NCBI GenBank assembly: GCA_963796455.1
Contig: CAWCLO010000006.1
Coordinates: 160,001 to 224,000 of the forward strand
Reading direction: 5' to 3'
Source of the DNA: Candidatus Sulfomarinibacteraceae bacterium
Lineage (GTDB): Bacteria; Acidobacteriota; Thermoanaerobaculia; Thermoanaerobaculales; Sulfomarinibacteraceae
DNA length: 64,000 nt
Shown here: piece after piece, positions 1-8,615 of the stretch
Layout: each line of letters starts with the position of its first letter
Position numbering within the stretch: the stretch's first letter is position 1
Program-made: the position numbers and the translations under genes
Notes under the pieces: generated by a model
The model's input: only the letters and a program-made list of their open reading frames with translations
What the model was told of the DNA's origin: nothing
The model's database searches: none

Positions 1-316
1 GGTCACCGCAGAGTTACTCGTCACCGGAAGCGCCTCCTCGGGGTCGGACTTCGACGAACCTCCCCAGACGATCCGCTTCTTTCCCGGCCAGACCACTCTC
101 GTCTTTCCGGTGTCGATCACCGATGACGACGAATTCGAGGGCGACGAAACGATTCAGTTGACCCTCGGCAGCACCAATGTCCCCGACATCACGATCGGCG
201 CGGTCGGGGTTGTCACCCTGACCATCCTCGACAACGATGTGGCCCCCGATCCGTTCATATTCAGCAACGGCTTCGAGGATGGAGACCTTGCGGCCTGGAC
301 CGCCCACGTCCCCTGA
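1..316 (+). CDS. 3' end of a secreted Calx-beta domain protein with C-terminal IFxNGFE tail (5' part outside window)
   Basis: Frame open from base 2: ...GSASSGSDFDEPPQTIRFFPGQTTLVFPVSITDDDEFEGDETIQLTL...VTLTILDND (Calx-beta pattern), then DPFIFSNGFEDGDLAAW; stop at 316 followed by a terminator. Confidence 0.85.
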   Translation, partial: VTAELLVTGSASSGSDFDEPPQTIRFFPGQTTLVFPVSITDDDEFEGDETIQLTLGSTNVPDITIGAVGVVTLTILDNDVAPDPFIFSNGFEDGDLAAWTAHVP

Positions 317-344
317 TTCGTCATTCTCATTGAGATCGTCCGCC

Positions 345-385
345 GCCCCGCGTCCTACTCGGACGCGGGGCTCTTTGTTGTTTTT
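345..385 (+). terminator. Rho-independent terminator
   Basis: GCCCCGCGTCC-TACTC-GGACGCGGGGC perfect 11-bp stem followed by TCTTTGTTGTTTTT. Confidence 0.8.
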
Positions 386-528
386 GGAGACGGACGTGTA
401 TACAATACGACAGAGAAAGAATCTCAGTCTAACAATTTGTTTACGCGAACTCGGCAACGATTCCTTGGACGTTGCGGCCCACCACAGGATGAGCCTGGGT
501 TCGGTGGCGCCTCGAATCATGAATGGAG

Positions 529-1899
529 ATGAAAATGAACTTTGACGAACTTGCAGCCGGCCTCCGAGGTGAACTGGTCACACCAAACTCCCCTGACTAT
601 CACGATGTCCGGGCTGTTTACAACGCGATGATCGACAAGAAACCTGCGGCCATGGCCCGTTGTGTAGATGCGGCCGATGTCCAGACCTGCGTCAACTTTG
701 CACGAGAAAACGGCATTCCATTGGCCATCCGCAGCGGCGGCCACAACGCGGGAGGCCTCGGCTCTGTGGATGACGGCCTGGTGATCGATCTATCACCCAT
801 GCGCGGCATCAGGGTCGATGCAAAAAACAAAACGGTACGTGTCCAGGGCGGCTGCCGGTGGGGGGATGTGGATCACGCCGCCCACCCCTACGGCCTTGCA
901 GTTCCGGCCGGGATCATCTCGACCACCGGTTGCGGAGGGCTCACCCTCGGCGGCGGAGTCGGCCACCTGACGAGAAATTTCGGTCTGACCATCGACAACC
1001 TCCTCGAGGCCGATGTCGTCCTCGCCGATGGCTCGATGGTGGTTGCCAGCGCCGACGAGAACCCGGATCTCTTCTGGGCCTTGTGTGGCGGCGGCGGCAA
1101 CTTCGGAGTCGTGACATCTTTCTTATTCCGCGGCAACCCGGTTAACACCATCTTCGGTGGACCGACACTGTGGAGCCTCGACCGCACCGAGGAGATCATG
1201 AAGTGGTACCGCGAATTCATCCTCTCCGCACCCGAGGAACTCACCGGATTCTTCGCATTTCTCACCGTTCCGCCCGGACCACCCTTTCCGGAACACCTCC
1301 ACCTCAAAAAGATGTGCGGGGTCGTCTGGTGCTATTCAGGTGACATGGCCAAAGCGGAGGAGCTCTTTGCGCCAGTTCGTGCACTCGAACCGGATCTCTA
1401 CGGCGTCCAGGAGATGCCCTTCCCGATGCTCAACTCGGCCTTCGACCCGATCTACCCGCCCGGCCACCAGTGGTATTGGCGGGCCGACTTTTTCACCGAG
1501 ATCACCGACGAAGCAATCATCGAGCACGCCAAATGGGGAGCCGACATGCCGACCATGCAGAGCTCGATGCACCTCTACCCGATCGACGGTGCTGCCCATC
1601 GGGTCGGGGCCGAGGACACGGCCTGGAGCTATCGCGAGGCCAACTGGGCGGGGGTCATCGTCGGCGTCGATCCCGATCCGGCCAACAAAGACCTGATCCG
1701 CGACTGGGCGGTCGGATACTGGGATGCGATCCACCCTTCCTCCTCCGGCGGCGCCTACATCAATTTCATGATGGAAGAGGGCCAGGAGAGAGTGCGGGCG
1801 AGCTACCGGGGCAACTACGAACGCCTGGCCCAGGTCAAAGCAAAGTACGACCCGAACAACTTTTTCAAGGTCAACCAGAACATTCACCCGAAGGGTTAG
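529..1899 (+). CDS. FAD-linked oxidoreductase, berberine-bridge-enzyme / 6-hydroxy-D-nicotine oxidase-like family
   Basis: IRSGGHN FAD-attachment motif, TGCGGLTLGGG, DLFWALCGGGGNFGVVT, C-terminal BBE motif YINF...NYERLAQVKAKYDPNNFF; start could be 523, 529 or 535. Confidence 0.93.
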   Translation: MKMNFDELAAGLRGELVTPNSPDYHDVRAVYNAMIDKKPAAMARCVDAADVQTCVNFARENGIPLAIRSGGHNAGGLGSVDDGLVIDLSPMRGIRVDAKNKTVRVQGGCRWGDVDHAAHPYGLAVPAGIISTTGCGGLTLGGGVGHLTRNFGLTIDNLLEADVVLADGSMVVASADENPDLFWALCGGGGNFGVVTSFLFRGNPVNTIFGGPTLWSLDRTEEIMKWYREFILSAPEELTGFFAFLTVPPGPPFPEHLHLKKMCGVVWCYSGDMAKAEELFAPVRALEPDLYGVQEMPFPMLNSAFDPIYPPGHQWYWRADFFTEITDEAIIEHAKWGADMPTMQSSMHLYPIDGAAHRVGAEDTAWSYREANWAGVIVGVDPDPANKDLIRDWAVGYWDAIHPSSSGGAYINFMMEEGQERVRASYRGNYERLAQVKAKYDPNNFFKVNQNIHPKG

Positions 1900-1989
1900 G
1901 GACCTTCGCCTGCAGCGTCCAAAGAGGCACGGAGAATCAAGCAGTCCCGTGAAAGTGCCCACCTGACAACATGAGGTTTACAGGTTGGT

Positions 1990-2136
1990 TGTTGGCATAT
2001 CCGGTTCGCGGTTTCCCCGTGTCCGCGTCCGCGTCCGTGCCCGAATTGCAGCGGCAGCGACAGTGTCCAGGGGCAGCGCCAGGGATCAGGGGCGGGGAAC
2101 AGCGATCAGTATTCAGCAATCAGCGGCAGCGATCAG
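1990..2136 (+). repeat. Dispersed non-coding repeat, copy A (CAGCG-rich)
   Basis: Collinear similarity with the reverse complement of 50461-50605: TGTTGG.ATAT.CGGTTCGC..TT.CCCGTGTCCGCGTCCG...CCGAATTGCAGCG...ACAGTGTCCAG...GGGAACAGCGATCAG...CAGCAATCAGCG. Confidence 0.8.
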
Positions 2137-2210
2137 ATCCGTGCGAGACCTGGCGATTGCTCCACCAGATTTCTTGAACTGAGCGTTTTGTGCCATCCGT
2201 ACTGGGGAGG

Positions 2211-2300
2211 CTGTCGCTGAAGACGGCCGCTGATGACTGAACGCTGACGCTGAGTACTGTTCGCTGACGCTGTCTGCTGTTCGCCGTCGCTGTCCCTGAT
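2211..2300 (-). repeat. Imperfect inverted arm complementary to 2048-2136 (CGCTG-rich)
   Basis: Reverse complement reads GATCAGGG..GAACAGC..CAGTACTCAGC..ATCAGCGGC, matching the left arm GATCAGGG..GAACAGC..CAGTATTCAGC..ATCAGCGGC; followed by (ATCCTGC)x3 at ~2333-2356. Confidence 0.6.
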
Positions 2301-2409
2301 CGTTATCCGAGACGTTGTCTTGGACACGAGTGATCCTGCATCCTGCATCCTGCATCGAGTATCGGGCGAGTGGGTGGCTCTCCGGCGTTTCGACGCCTCG
2401 GAGTGGGCT

Positions 2410-2985
2410 CTACGCCGCTTCCGTCTCGTCGGTTTCCGGCTCGACCTCCAGCACCTCGATCGCCTCGACCGCCGTCGCAATCACCGCAACCATCTCGTCA
2501 AATTCGGACCGTTCGAATCCCTGCGACTGGAAGAGGATCGTGCCGTTCGGCCCGATGACCACGTTGCGCGGGATGAAGCGCGAGGCGTACTGGCTGTAGG
2601 CGATCATCTCGGGGTCGCCGGCGACCGGAAAACTGTAATCGTGCTGATCCATGAAGGGCTGCAGGACCGTCTTATCTTCTTCGCGCCCGATTACGACCAG
2701 GGCGAAACGATCTTTGTCGAATCGCTGCCAGATTTCTGCGTCGAGGTGGGGCAGTTCTTCGCGACACGGCGGACACCAGGTGGCAAAGAAATTGACCAGA
2801 ACCACCTTGCCCCTGTGGGCTTCGAGATTGAAGGTCTCACCCTCCAGGGTCACCAGTTCGAAGGACGGCGCTGTTTGGCCGATGACCGTGATGGTGGTTT
2901 CTTCGGGTGTGAGCTCGGGTTCGCCCGCACAGGCAGATATTAGAAGAGCGACGAAGAGAATAGTGGCATTCTTGAGAATTTGCAT
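2410..2985 (-). CDS. TlpA/ResA-family thiol:disulfide oxidoreductase, probable lipoprotein
   Basis: GKVVLVNFFATWCPPCREELP thioredoxin motif; ISAC lipobox; GGAGG RBS before ATG at 2985. Confidence 0.9.
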   Translation of the reverse strand: MQILKNATILFVALLISACAGEPELTPEETTITVIGQTAPSFELVTLEGETFNLEAHRGKVVLVNFFATWCPPCREELPHLDAEIWQRFDKDRFALVVIGREEDKTVLQPFMDQHDYSFPVAGDPEMIAYSQYASRFIPRNVVIGPNGTILFQSQGFERSEFDEMVAVIATAVEAIEVLEVEPETDETEAA

Positions 2986-3081
2986 TGGCCCCTCCACAGA
3001 GGCGGAGACCGAAGCCCCGGCCCGCTGCGAAGTTTAGCACCCACGCTATCGCTACCTTCGACCCAAGGGTTTTTGATCGGC

Positions 3082-3110
3082 TTGACGCAACCGCGATCGG
3101 GACTCATATT
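3082..3110 (+). promoter_or_regulatory. Putative sigma70-type promoter
   Basis: TTGACG-17 nt-CATATT upstream of the 3321 gene; same architecture as 51490-51518. Confidence 0.45.
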
Positions 3111-3320
3111 GAATGTCAGCTCAACCAATAACTCGGCGCAAGATTGCGGGTCCTCTCCGGGATCTTCGTGACTCCAGGAACCGGGGTAACGTGCCCGCGT
3201 TTTTCTGCCCAAACAGAAAGGAGAGCCTTGGGATCTATGACCACTGATCGCCGTCGACCTCGTCGAAAATCCCTTTCATCCACATCACTTGATCGTAATG
3301 CCCAAGAAAGAGAGGAAGGA

Positions 3321-5030
3321 ATGAAGCATCGCTGTTCCGCACCCGACTTTCGACTCGGATCCGTTCTTTTGACTCTTTGTCTTTGCGCGCTGATCGCACC
3401 TCCGGTTTTCGGCCAGTCCATGGCATCGGAACCGACGACACCCTCGATCGACACCGATCTGATCGACAAGGCCGCCGGGAAGAGTGTCATGAGCCGGATC
3501 GACCCCGATTTCATCGGCCCCTATGACTTTTCAGCTCAGACCCGCCAGAAGGCGATTCACACCGGCCCCGGTTTCGAGGGCTTTGGATTTGACGACAACG
3601 CCATCGAGAACGGGGGCCCACTCTTCATTCCGCCCGATCCGATCGGCGCCGCCGGTAAGAGCCGGGTGATCGCGGTCGTCAACACCATGATCGAGGCACA
3701 CACCAAGGGCGGCAAGCTCAAGTGGCGGGATTCTCTGGCCGGCTTCTTCAGCCCGCTCAACCCGCTGAGCTTCACCTTCGATCCCAAGATCGTCTACGAC
3801 CAGTACGAGGATCGATTCGTCGTCGTGACCCTCGAGAGAGTGGCCAGCGGAAATCCGATCGACCCGGGGAACGTCTCGCGCATCCTCGTCGCGGTCTCCA
3901 AGAACGGCAACCCCAAAGGCCCCACCGCCGCCGATTGGCACTACACCGCTATCGACTCGAAGGTCCTCTTCGGGGGATTCGTCGAGCTGTGGGCGGACTA
4001 CCCCGGTTTCGAGGTGGATGAGGAGGCGATCTATATCACGGTCAACCTCTTCGCCTTTCCTTTCTACGCAGGCTACGGCGGCATGAATCTGTGGATCATC
4101 GACAAGGGGACCGGGACCGGCGGGTTCTACGACGGCGGCGCCGCCTCGGCGGGACAATACGATCCTGTCTCCGCAACCGGGGGCTTCGGCTCGACGTTGA
4201 TGCCGGCACAGGTCTACGGAGAGGGCGGTGTCGACGGCCCCGGCTCGACCCTCGGCACCTTTCTCGTTTCCTACTCCGGGCTCACCTTTGGCGGCCCCGG
4301 AGCGCCGGAGGCGCTTCAGGTCATCACCGTCGACGACCCGCTGGGAACCGCTGGCGGCCCTTACTTCAACCTGGAGTTCGTGACCGTCGGAGACATCGAG
4401 GACGTCGGAGGCATCTACGGGTTCCCGGACCTGCCCGACGCACCCCAGATGGGAACGGCGGCTCTGATCGAGGTCAACGACCGGCGGACGCTCGATGCCG
4501 TGTGGCGCGATGATTCCCTGTGGGTCACCACCACCATCATTCCGAACATCGGTGTCGACACCGGGGAAACAACCGCCCACTGGTTCCAGCTGGACACCTC
4601 AGCCGGACCCAACGCGATCGTCCTCACCGACGGCGGTGACATCGGCGGCGAGGATCTCGCGGTCGGCACCACCACCTTCTTCCCGTCGGTGGCCGTCAAC
4701 CGCGACGGGGACGCCATGTTCGGTTTTGCGGCATCTGCCGACTCGATTTACGCCGGGGCCTATGTCACCGGGCGCGAGGCAGGCGATCCGCTGACCACCG
4801 TCCAGGAAACCGAGGTCGTCAAGGCCGGGGAGGACTGGTATATCCGAACCTTTGGTGGCGGCCGAAACCGCTGGGGAGACTACAGCGGTATCGCGCTCGA
4901 TCCGACCAACGAAGATTTCGTTTGGGTATTCAACCAGTTTGCCGACCAACGCGGCACTCCCACGAGCGGAGGCGAGGACGGCCGCTGGGGGACCTATTGG
5001 ATGCGAGCCAAGTTCAAGGGCCGCAGATAG
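3321..5030 (+). CDS. Secreted uncharacterised protein (PPDPxGAAG...RWGDYS domain)
   Basis: Long ORF; purine-rich RBS before ATG 3321; signal peptide; PPDPIGAAG, FDPKIVYD, DYPGF and RWGDYSGIALDP motifs recalled from a recurrent bacterial extracellular domain. Confidence 0.75.
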   Translation: MKHRCSAPDFRLGSVLLTLCLCALIAPPVFGQSMASEPTTPSIDTDLIDKAAGKSVMSRIDPDFIGPYDFSAQTRQKAIHTGPGFEGFGFDDNAIENGGPLFIPPDPIGAAGKSRVIAVVNTMIEAHTKGGKLKWRDSLAGFFSPLNPLSFTFDPKIVYDQYEDRFVVVTLERVASGNPIDPGNVSRILVAVSKNGNPKGPTAADWHYTAIDSKVLFGGFVELWADYPGFEVDEEAIYITVNLFAFPFYAGYGGMNLWIIDKGTGTGGFYDGGAASAGQYDPVSATGGFGSTLMPAQVYGEGGVDGPGSTLGTFLVSYSGLTFGGPGAPEALQVITVDDPLGTAGGPYFNLEFVTVGDIEDVGGIYGFPDLPDAPQMGTAALIEVNDRRTLDAVWRDDSLWVTTTIIPNIGVDTGETTAHWFQLDTSAGPNAIVLTDGGDIGGEDLAVGTTTFFPSVAVNRDGDAMFGFAASADSIYAGAYVTGREAGDPLTTVQETEVVKAGEDWYIRTFGGGRNRWGDYSGIALDPTNEDFVWVFNQFADQRGTPTSGGEDGRWGTYWMRAKFKGRR

Positions 5031-5045
5031 TCTCTCGAAATACGC

Positions 5046-5071
5046 GGGCGCCTTCGGGCGCCCCTTTTTTT
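5046..5071 (+). terminator. Rho-independent terminator
   Basis: GGGCGCC-TTCG-GGCGCCC followed by a T7 run. Confidence 0.85.
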
Positions 5072-5167
5072 ATCGACTGGCCGACCCTCCTCATCCCTTG
5101 ACACCTCCCGACCGCCCCTTCACATTGAGGACGCATTGAATCGACCACGACATTTCGAGGAGGCCCC

Positions 5168-6910
5168 ATGAAAGACACGAGCATCAGTTTTATGCGGTCT
5201 CTCTGCGCCGGAGAGATCGAAGAGAACGTGATCTTCCCCTTCCCCACTTTGAGCGACGACGAACGCGATCTGCTGCGTCCGGTCGTCGAGTCGGTCGACG
5301 ACCTCCTATCGGGCCACACCGAGGATTTTCGCGCCTGGGACGTCGCCGGTGAAATGCCTGCAGAGTTCGTGCAGGAGCTGCGCGATTTCGGGCTCTTCGG
5401 GTTGATCGTTCCGGAGGCGGAAGGAGGCCTCGGTCTCGGCAATATGGCCTATTCTCGGACCGTCCAACAGGTCGCCCGCCACGACGCCTCGGTGGCGGTG
5501 ACCATCGGCGCCCACTCATCGATCGGCATGCGAGGTCTCAAGCTCTACGGCACCGATGAGCAAAAGGCGAAGTACTACGAAAGACTCGCCACCGGCGAGC
5601 TGATCGCGGCCTTCTGTCTCACCGAGCCCGAAGCCGGCAGCGATGCGGCGTCGATCAAAACCCACGCCGACGAACACGACGATCACTTTCTGCTCAACGG
5701 ATCCAAATTGTGGGTGACCAACGGCGGTATCGCCGATTTCTTCACCGTTTTTGCAAAAACTGGTGAAAAGGACTCCCGTTCTCGCCTCAGCGCGTTCATC
5801 GTTACTCGAGACATGCCCGGTGTTTCGGTTGGCGCCCACGAAGACAAAATGGGAATTCGTGCCAGCTCGACGTGTTCGGTCTACTTCGAGGACGTCAAGA
5901 TACCCAAGGAAAATCTTCTCGGCCCACTCCACAGTGGTTTCAAGGTGGCGATGAACATCCTCAACAACGGCCGATCCGGACTCGCGGGCGGCTGCGTGGG
6001 TGGCATGAAGACCCTGATTGCACTCGCTGCAAAATACGCTATGGACCGCCACCAATTCGGCCAGCCGATCGGCAGCTTCGGCCTCATCAAGCAAAAGATC
6101 GGCCACATGGTGGTCGATTGTTATGCCACTGAAAGTGCCGTTCAAATGGTCGCCGCTCTGGCCGATCAGGAGTACGACGACTTTTCGGTCGAGGCTGCAA
6201 TCACCAAGATCTTTGCCACCGAGTCTCTGTGGCGTTCAGCGGACGAGGCCCTCCAAACCGCCGGCGGCACCGGATACATGCGCGAATACCCCTATGAGCG
6301 CGTGGTCCGTGACAGCCGGATCAATCGACTCTACGAAGGAACAAACGATATCCTCCGTCTCTATGTCGCCCTGACCGCCCTCAACGATGTCGGCCAACGG
6401 CTCAAAGAAATGGCAGGTTCGCTGCGCGGCATTTTTGACGATCCCATCAAAGGGTTTGGCCTGCTCTATGAATACGCCAAGAATCGCGCCACCTGGGCGA
6501 CAGGCCTCTCGGTGGCCGGCCCCGGTATGTCGAAGGCCCATGTCGAACTGAGGGCGGAGGCCGACGTCTTCGAAGACACCGCTCGAGACCTCGCGGCAAT
6601 GGTCGATCGACTGTTGCGCAAGCACGGTAAGGACATCATCGGCAAACAGTTCGCCACTCGAAGGCTTGCCGATGTCATGATCGATCTTTTTGTCCTCGGA
6701 TGCGTCATCAGCAGGGTGACGGCGGCGATCGAGGCAAATGGGCCCGATGAGGCGGCCGAGGAGATCGAGATCGCTCGGGTGTTCGCCGCCAAGGTCCGGG
6801 GACGAGCCCGCCGGAACTTCCGTAAGATCGACAACAACGATGACGAGCTCATCAAGAACCTCGCGGAGGCCGCCTACGAGCGCGGCGGTTATGGCTGGGA
6901 CGTTCTGTGA
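5168..6910 (+). CDS. Acyl-CoA dehydrogenase, ACAD9/VLCAD-like with C-terminal extension
   Basis: GAHSSIG, AFCLTEPEAGSDA, LNGSKLWVTNG, KMGIRASST, GGTGYMREYPYERVVRDSRINRLYEGTN; GAGGAGG RBS. Confidence 0.95.
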   Translation: MKDTSISFMRSLCAGEIEENVIFPFPTLSDDERDLLRPVVESVDDLLSGHTEDFRAWDVAGEMPAEFVQELRDFGLFGLIVPEAEGGLGLGNMAYSRTVQQVARHDASVAVTIGAHSSIGMRGLKLYGTDEQKAKYYERLATGELIAAFCLTEPEAGSDAASIKTHADEHDDHFLLNGSKLWVTNGGIADFFTVFAKTGEKDSRSRLSAFIVTRDMPGVSVGAHEDKMGIRASSTCSVYFEDVKIPKENLLGPLHSGFKVAMNILNNGRSGLAGGCVGGMKTLIALAAKYAMDRHQFGQPIGSFGLIKQKIGHMVVDCYATESAVQMVAALADQEYDDFSVEAAITKIFATESLWRSADEALQTAGGTGYMREYPYERVVRDSRINRLYEGTNDILRLYVALTALNDVGQRLKEMAGSLRGIFDDPIKGFGLLYEYAKNRATWATGLSVAGPGMSKAHVELRAEADVFEDTARDLAAMVDRLLRKHGKDIIGKQFATRRLADVMIDLFVLGCVISRVTAAIEANGPDEAAEEIEIARVFAAKVRGRARRNFRKIDNNDDELIKNLAEAAYERGGYGWDVL

Positions 6911-7752
6911 AAAACCGCACCATCGCACTCGTCTTTTCGGTTTTCCTGGTTGGCGCCACGGCCGCTGAGGATCCCAAGCACACCGCGGCTGCAATCGACA
7001 GTTACAAAACCGCCTGGTCGGGTGCGATCGACATGGTGACCCCTGGCGGCTATCTCTATGAAGAACTGCGGCGCTGCGCCGGCTGCCACGAGACCGCCAA
7101 GGACGGCCAGGGCCGGTCCACACACCGCAACGCCATCGGCATCACCGGCGAGTCCGAAGCACCGGAAATAACCGGCAAGGGGTGGCTGAGCGGGGGTCAC
7201 GGACGGAGCCAGGATCCCGAGATCGTCTCGAATACCCACTGCGCCTGGTGCCACGCACCGAGCCAACCCGGGGTCACCGCCGACATCGCGGCCGCCAAAC
7301 CGATTGATGGCGGCCGGGTCGGGGTCAGCTGCATCGCCTGTCACGCCTCAGAGGCCGTCAATGACGAGTTCGGCTCCTACCAGGCAAACTTCCGACCGGG
7401 AGGCGACCGGGACAGCTTGGTGGATTTTGTTCCACGAAGCTCTGAGAGCGGGGTCGAGACCAACGGCCAGTGTCTCTTCTGTCATCTTCGGCAGCACGAG
7501 TTCACGGTAGAACACCACGGCGCCATGGTGGCCGGCGGCGACCTGCTGTGCATCGACTGCCACATGGCGGTCTACAACATCACCGATTCGGGACGCGCGG
7601 AGCGATACCACAACATGAGGGTGGCGGAAAACCGTGACGCCGCAACCTGTCGGCCGTGCCACCACTTCAAACCCGATGAAATGGCCGAGAAATGCAAACA
7701 GCTGGTGCCCGATCAGGCTTCGACCGTGCACGCCGTACCGGCCTTCGAGTAA
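6907..7752 (+). CDS. Exported multiheme (6 x CxxCH) c-type cytochrome
   Basis: Signal peptide; CAGCH, CAWCH, CIACH, CLFCH, CIDCH, CRPCH; GTG start overlaps upstream stop (GTGA). Confidence 0.88.
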   Translation: MKNRTIALVFSVFLVGATAAEDPKHTAAAIDSYKTAWSGAIDMVTPGGYLYEELRRCAGCHETAKDGQGRSTHRNAIGITGESEAPEITGKGWLSGGHGRSQDPEIVSNTHCAWCHAPSQPGVTADIAAAKPIDGGRVGVSCIACHASEAVNDEFGSYQANFRPGGDRDSLVDFVPRSSESGVETNGQCLFCHLRQHEFTVEHHGAMVAGGDLLCIDCHMAVYNITDSGRAERYHNMRVAENRDAATCRPCHHFKPDEMAEKCKQLVPDQASTVHAVPAFE

Positions 7753-7905
7753 GCACCGCGGGCGCAGCCGCCGGGAATGCAGAAAAACCCATCGCAGTTT
7801 GTATCTGTCAGAGCCCAGCAATCCGAGACCTGAAGACGCGCAAAGCCAAAGAACCTCTCCTTCTCGCGCGCTCGAAGTGTCTCTCGACATGCCCTTGGAG
7901 ACCAC

Positions 7906-8523
7906 ATGAAGCTCTACTATCACCCGATTTCCGACAACTGCCGCCGGGTTTTGGCGACCATCTATGAACTCGATCGCGAAGACGTGGAACTCGAGGTCGT
8001 CGACCTCTTCAAAGGAGAGCACCAGACGCCCGAATTTCTGGCCCTCAATCCGAACGGCAAGGTTCCGGTTCTCGTCGACGGCGAGGTCTCGATGTGGGAG
8101 TCGATTGCCATCATGCAATACCTGTCTGGGGAAAGCAACCTTTGGCCTCAGAGCAAGTTACGCTACGACATCATCCGCTGGCAGGTCTGGTCGGTCGCCC
8201 ATTTCGGATCAGCCATCGACAAGATCGTCTTCGAACGCTTGATCAAAAAGACCATGGGAATCGGTATGCCCAACGAGGGAACGGTCGAAGCGGCGGTCGC
8301 CGATTTCAAACGCTATGCCGCGGTTCTCAACGGCCACCTCGAAGGGCGCGATTGGTTGGTTGGCGACAACATCACCCTGGCTGATCTTTCGGTGGCAGCC
8401 AAGTTGACATACGCTCCCGCAGTGGCCGTTTCGATCGGCCCCTTCGACAACATCGATCGCTGGTACGGTGCGATCGAAGCGCGGGATTCGTGGCAGAAAT
8501 CTGCGCCGCCCGACATGAGCTGA
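7906..8523 (+). CDS. Glutathione S-transferase family protein
   Basis: FLALNPNGKVPVLVDG..MWESIAIMQYL and WLVGDNITLADL motifs. Confidence 0.93.
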   Translation: MKLYYHPISDNCRRVLATIYELDREDVELEVVDLFKGEHQTPEFLALNPNGKVPVLVDGEVSMWESIAIMQYLSGESNLWPQSKLRYDIIRWQVWSVAHFGSAIDKIVFERLIKKTMGIGMPNEGTVEAAVADFKRYAAVLNGHLEGRDWLVGDNITLADLSVAAKLTYAPAVAVSIGPFDNIDRWYGAIEARDSWQKSAPPDMS

Positions 8524-8615
8524 AAAAAATCGCCGCATCGATACTGTGACAATGGCTCCAGTGTCACACCACTCGAAGCGGGGAACGGGTAAACTCCTTC
8601 GTCGAAGGAGGGACC

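Noticed and set aside
1990..2356. CRISPR array
   Set aside because: Units are short and degenerate (5-7 nt), with no constant 23-47 bp repeat, no unique spacers and no cas genes
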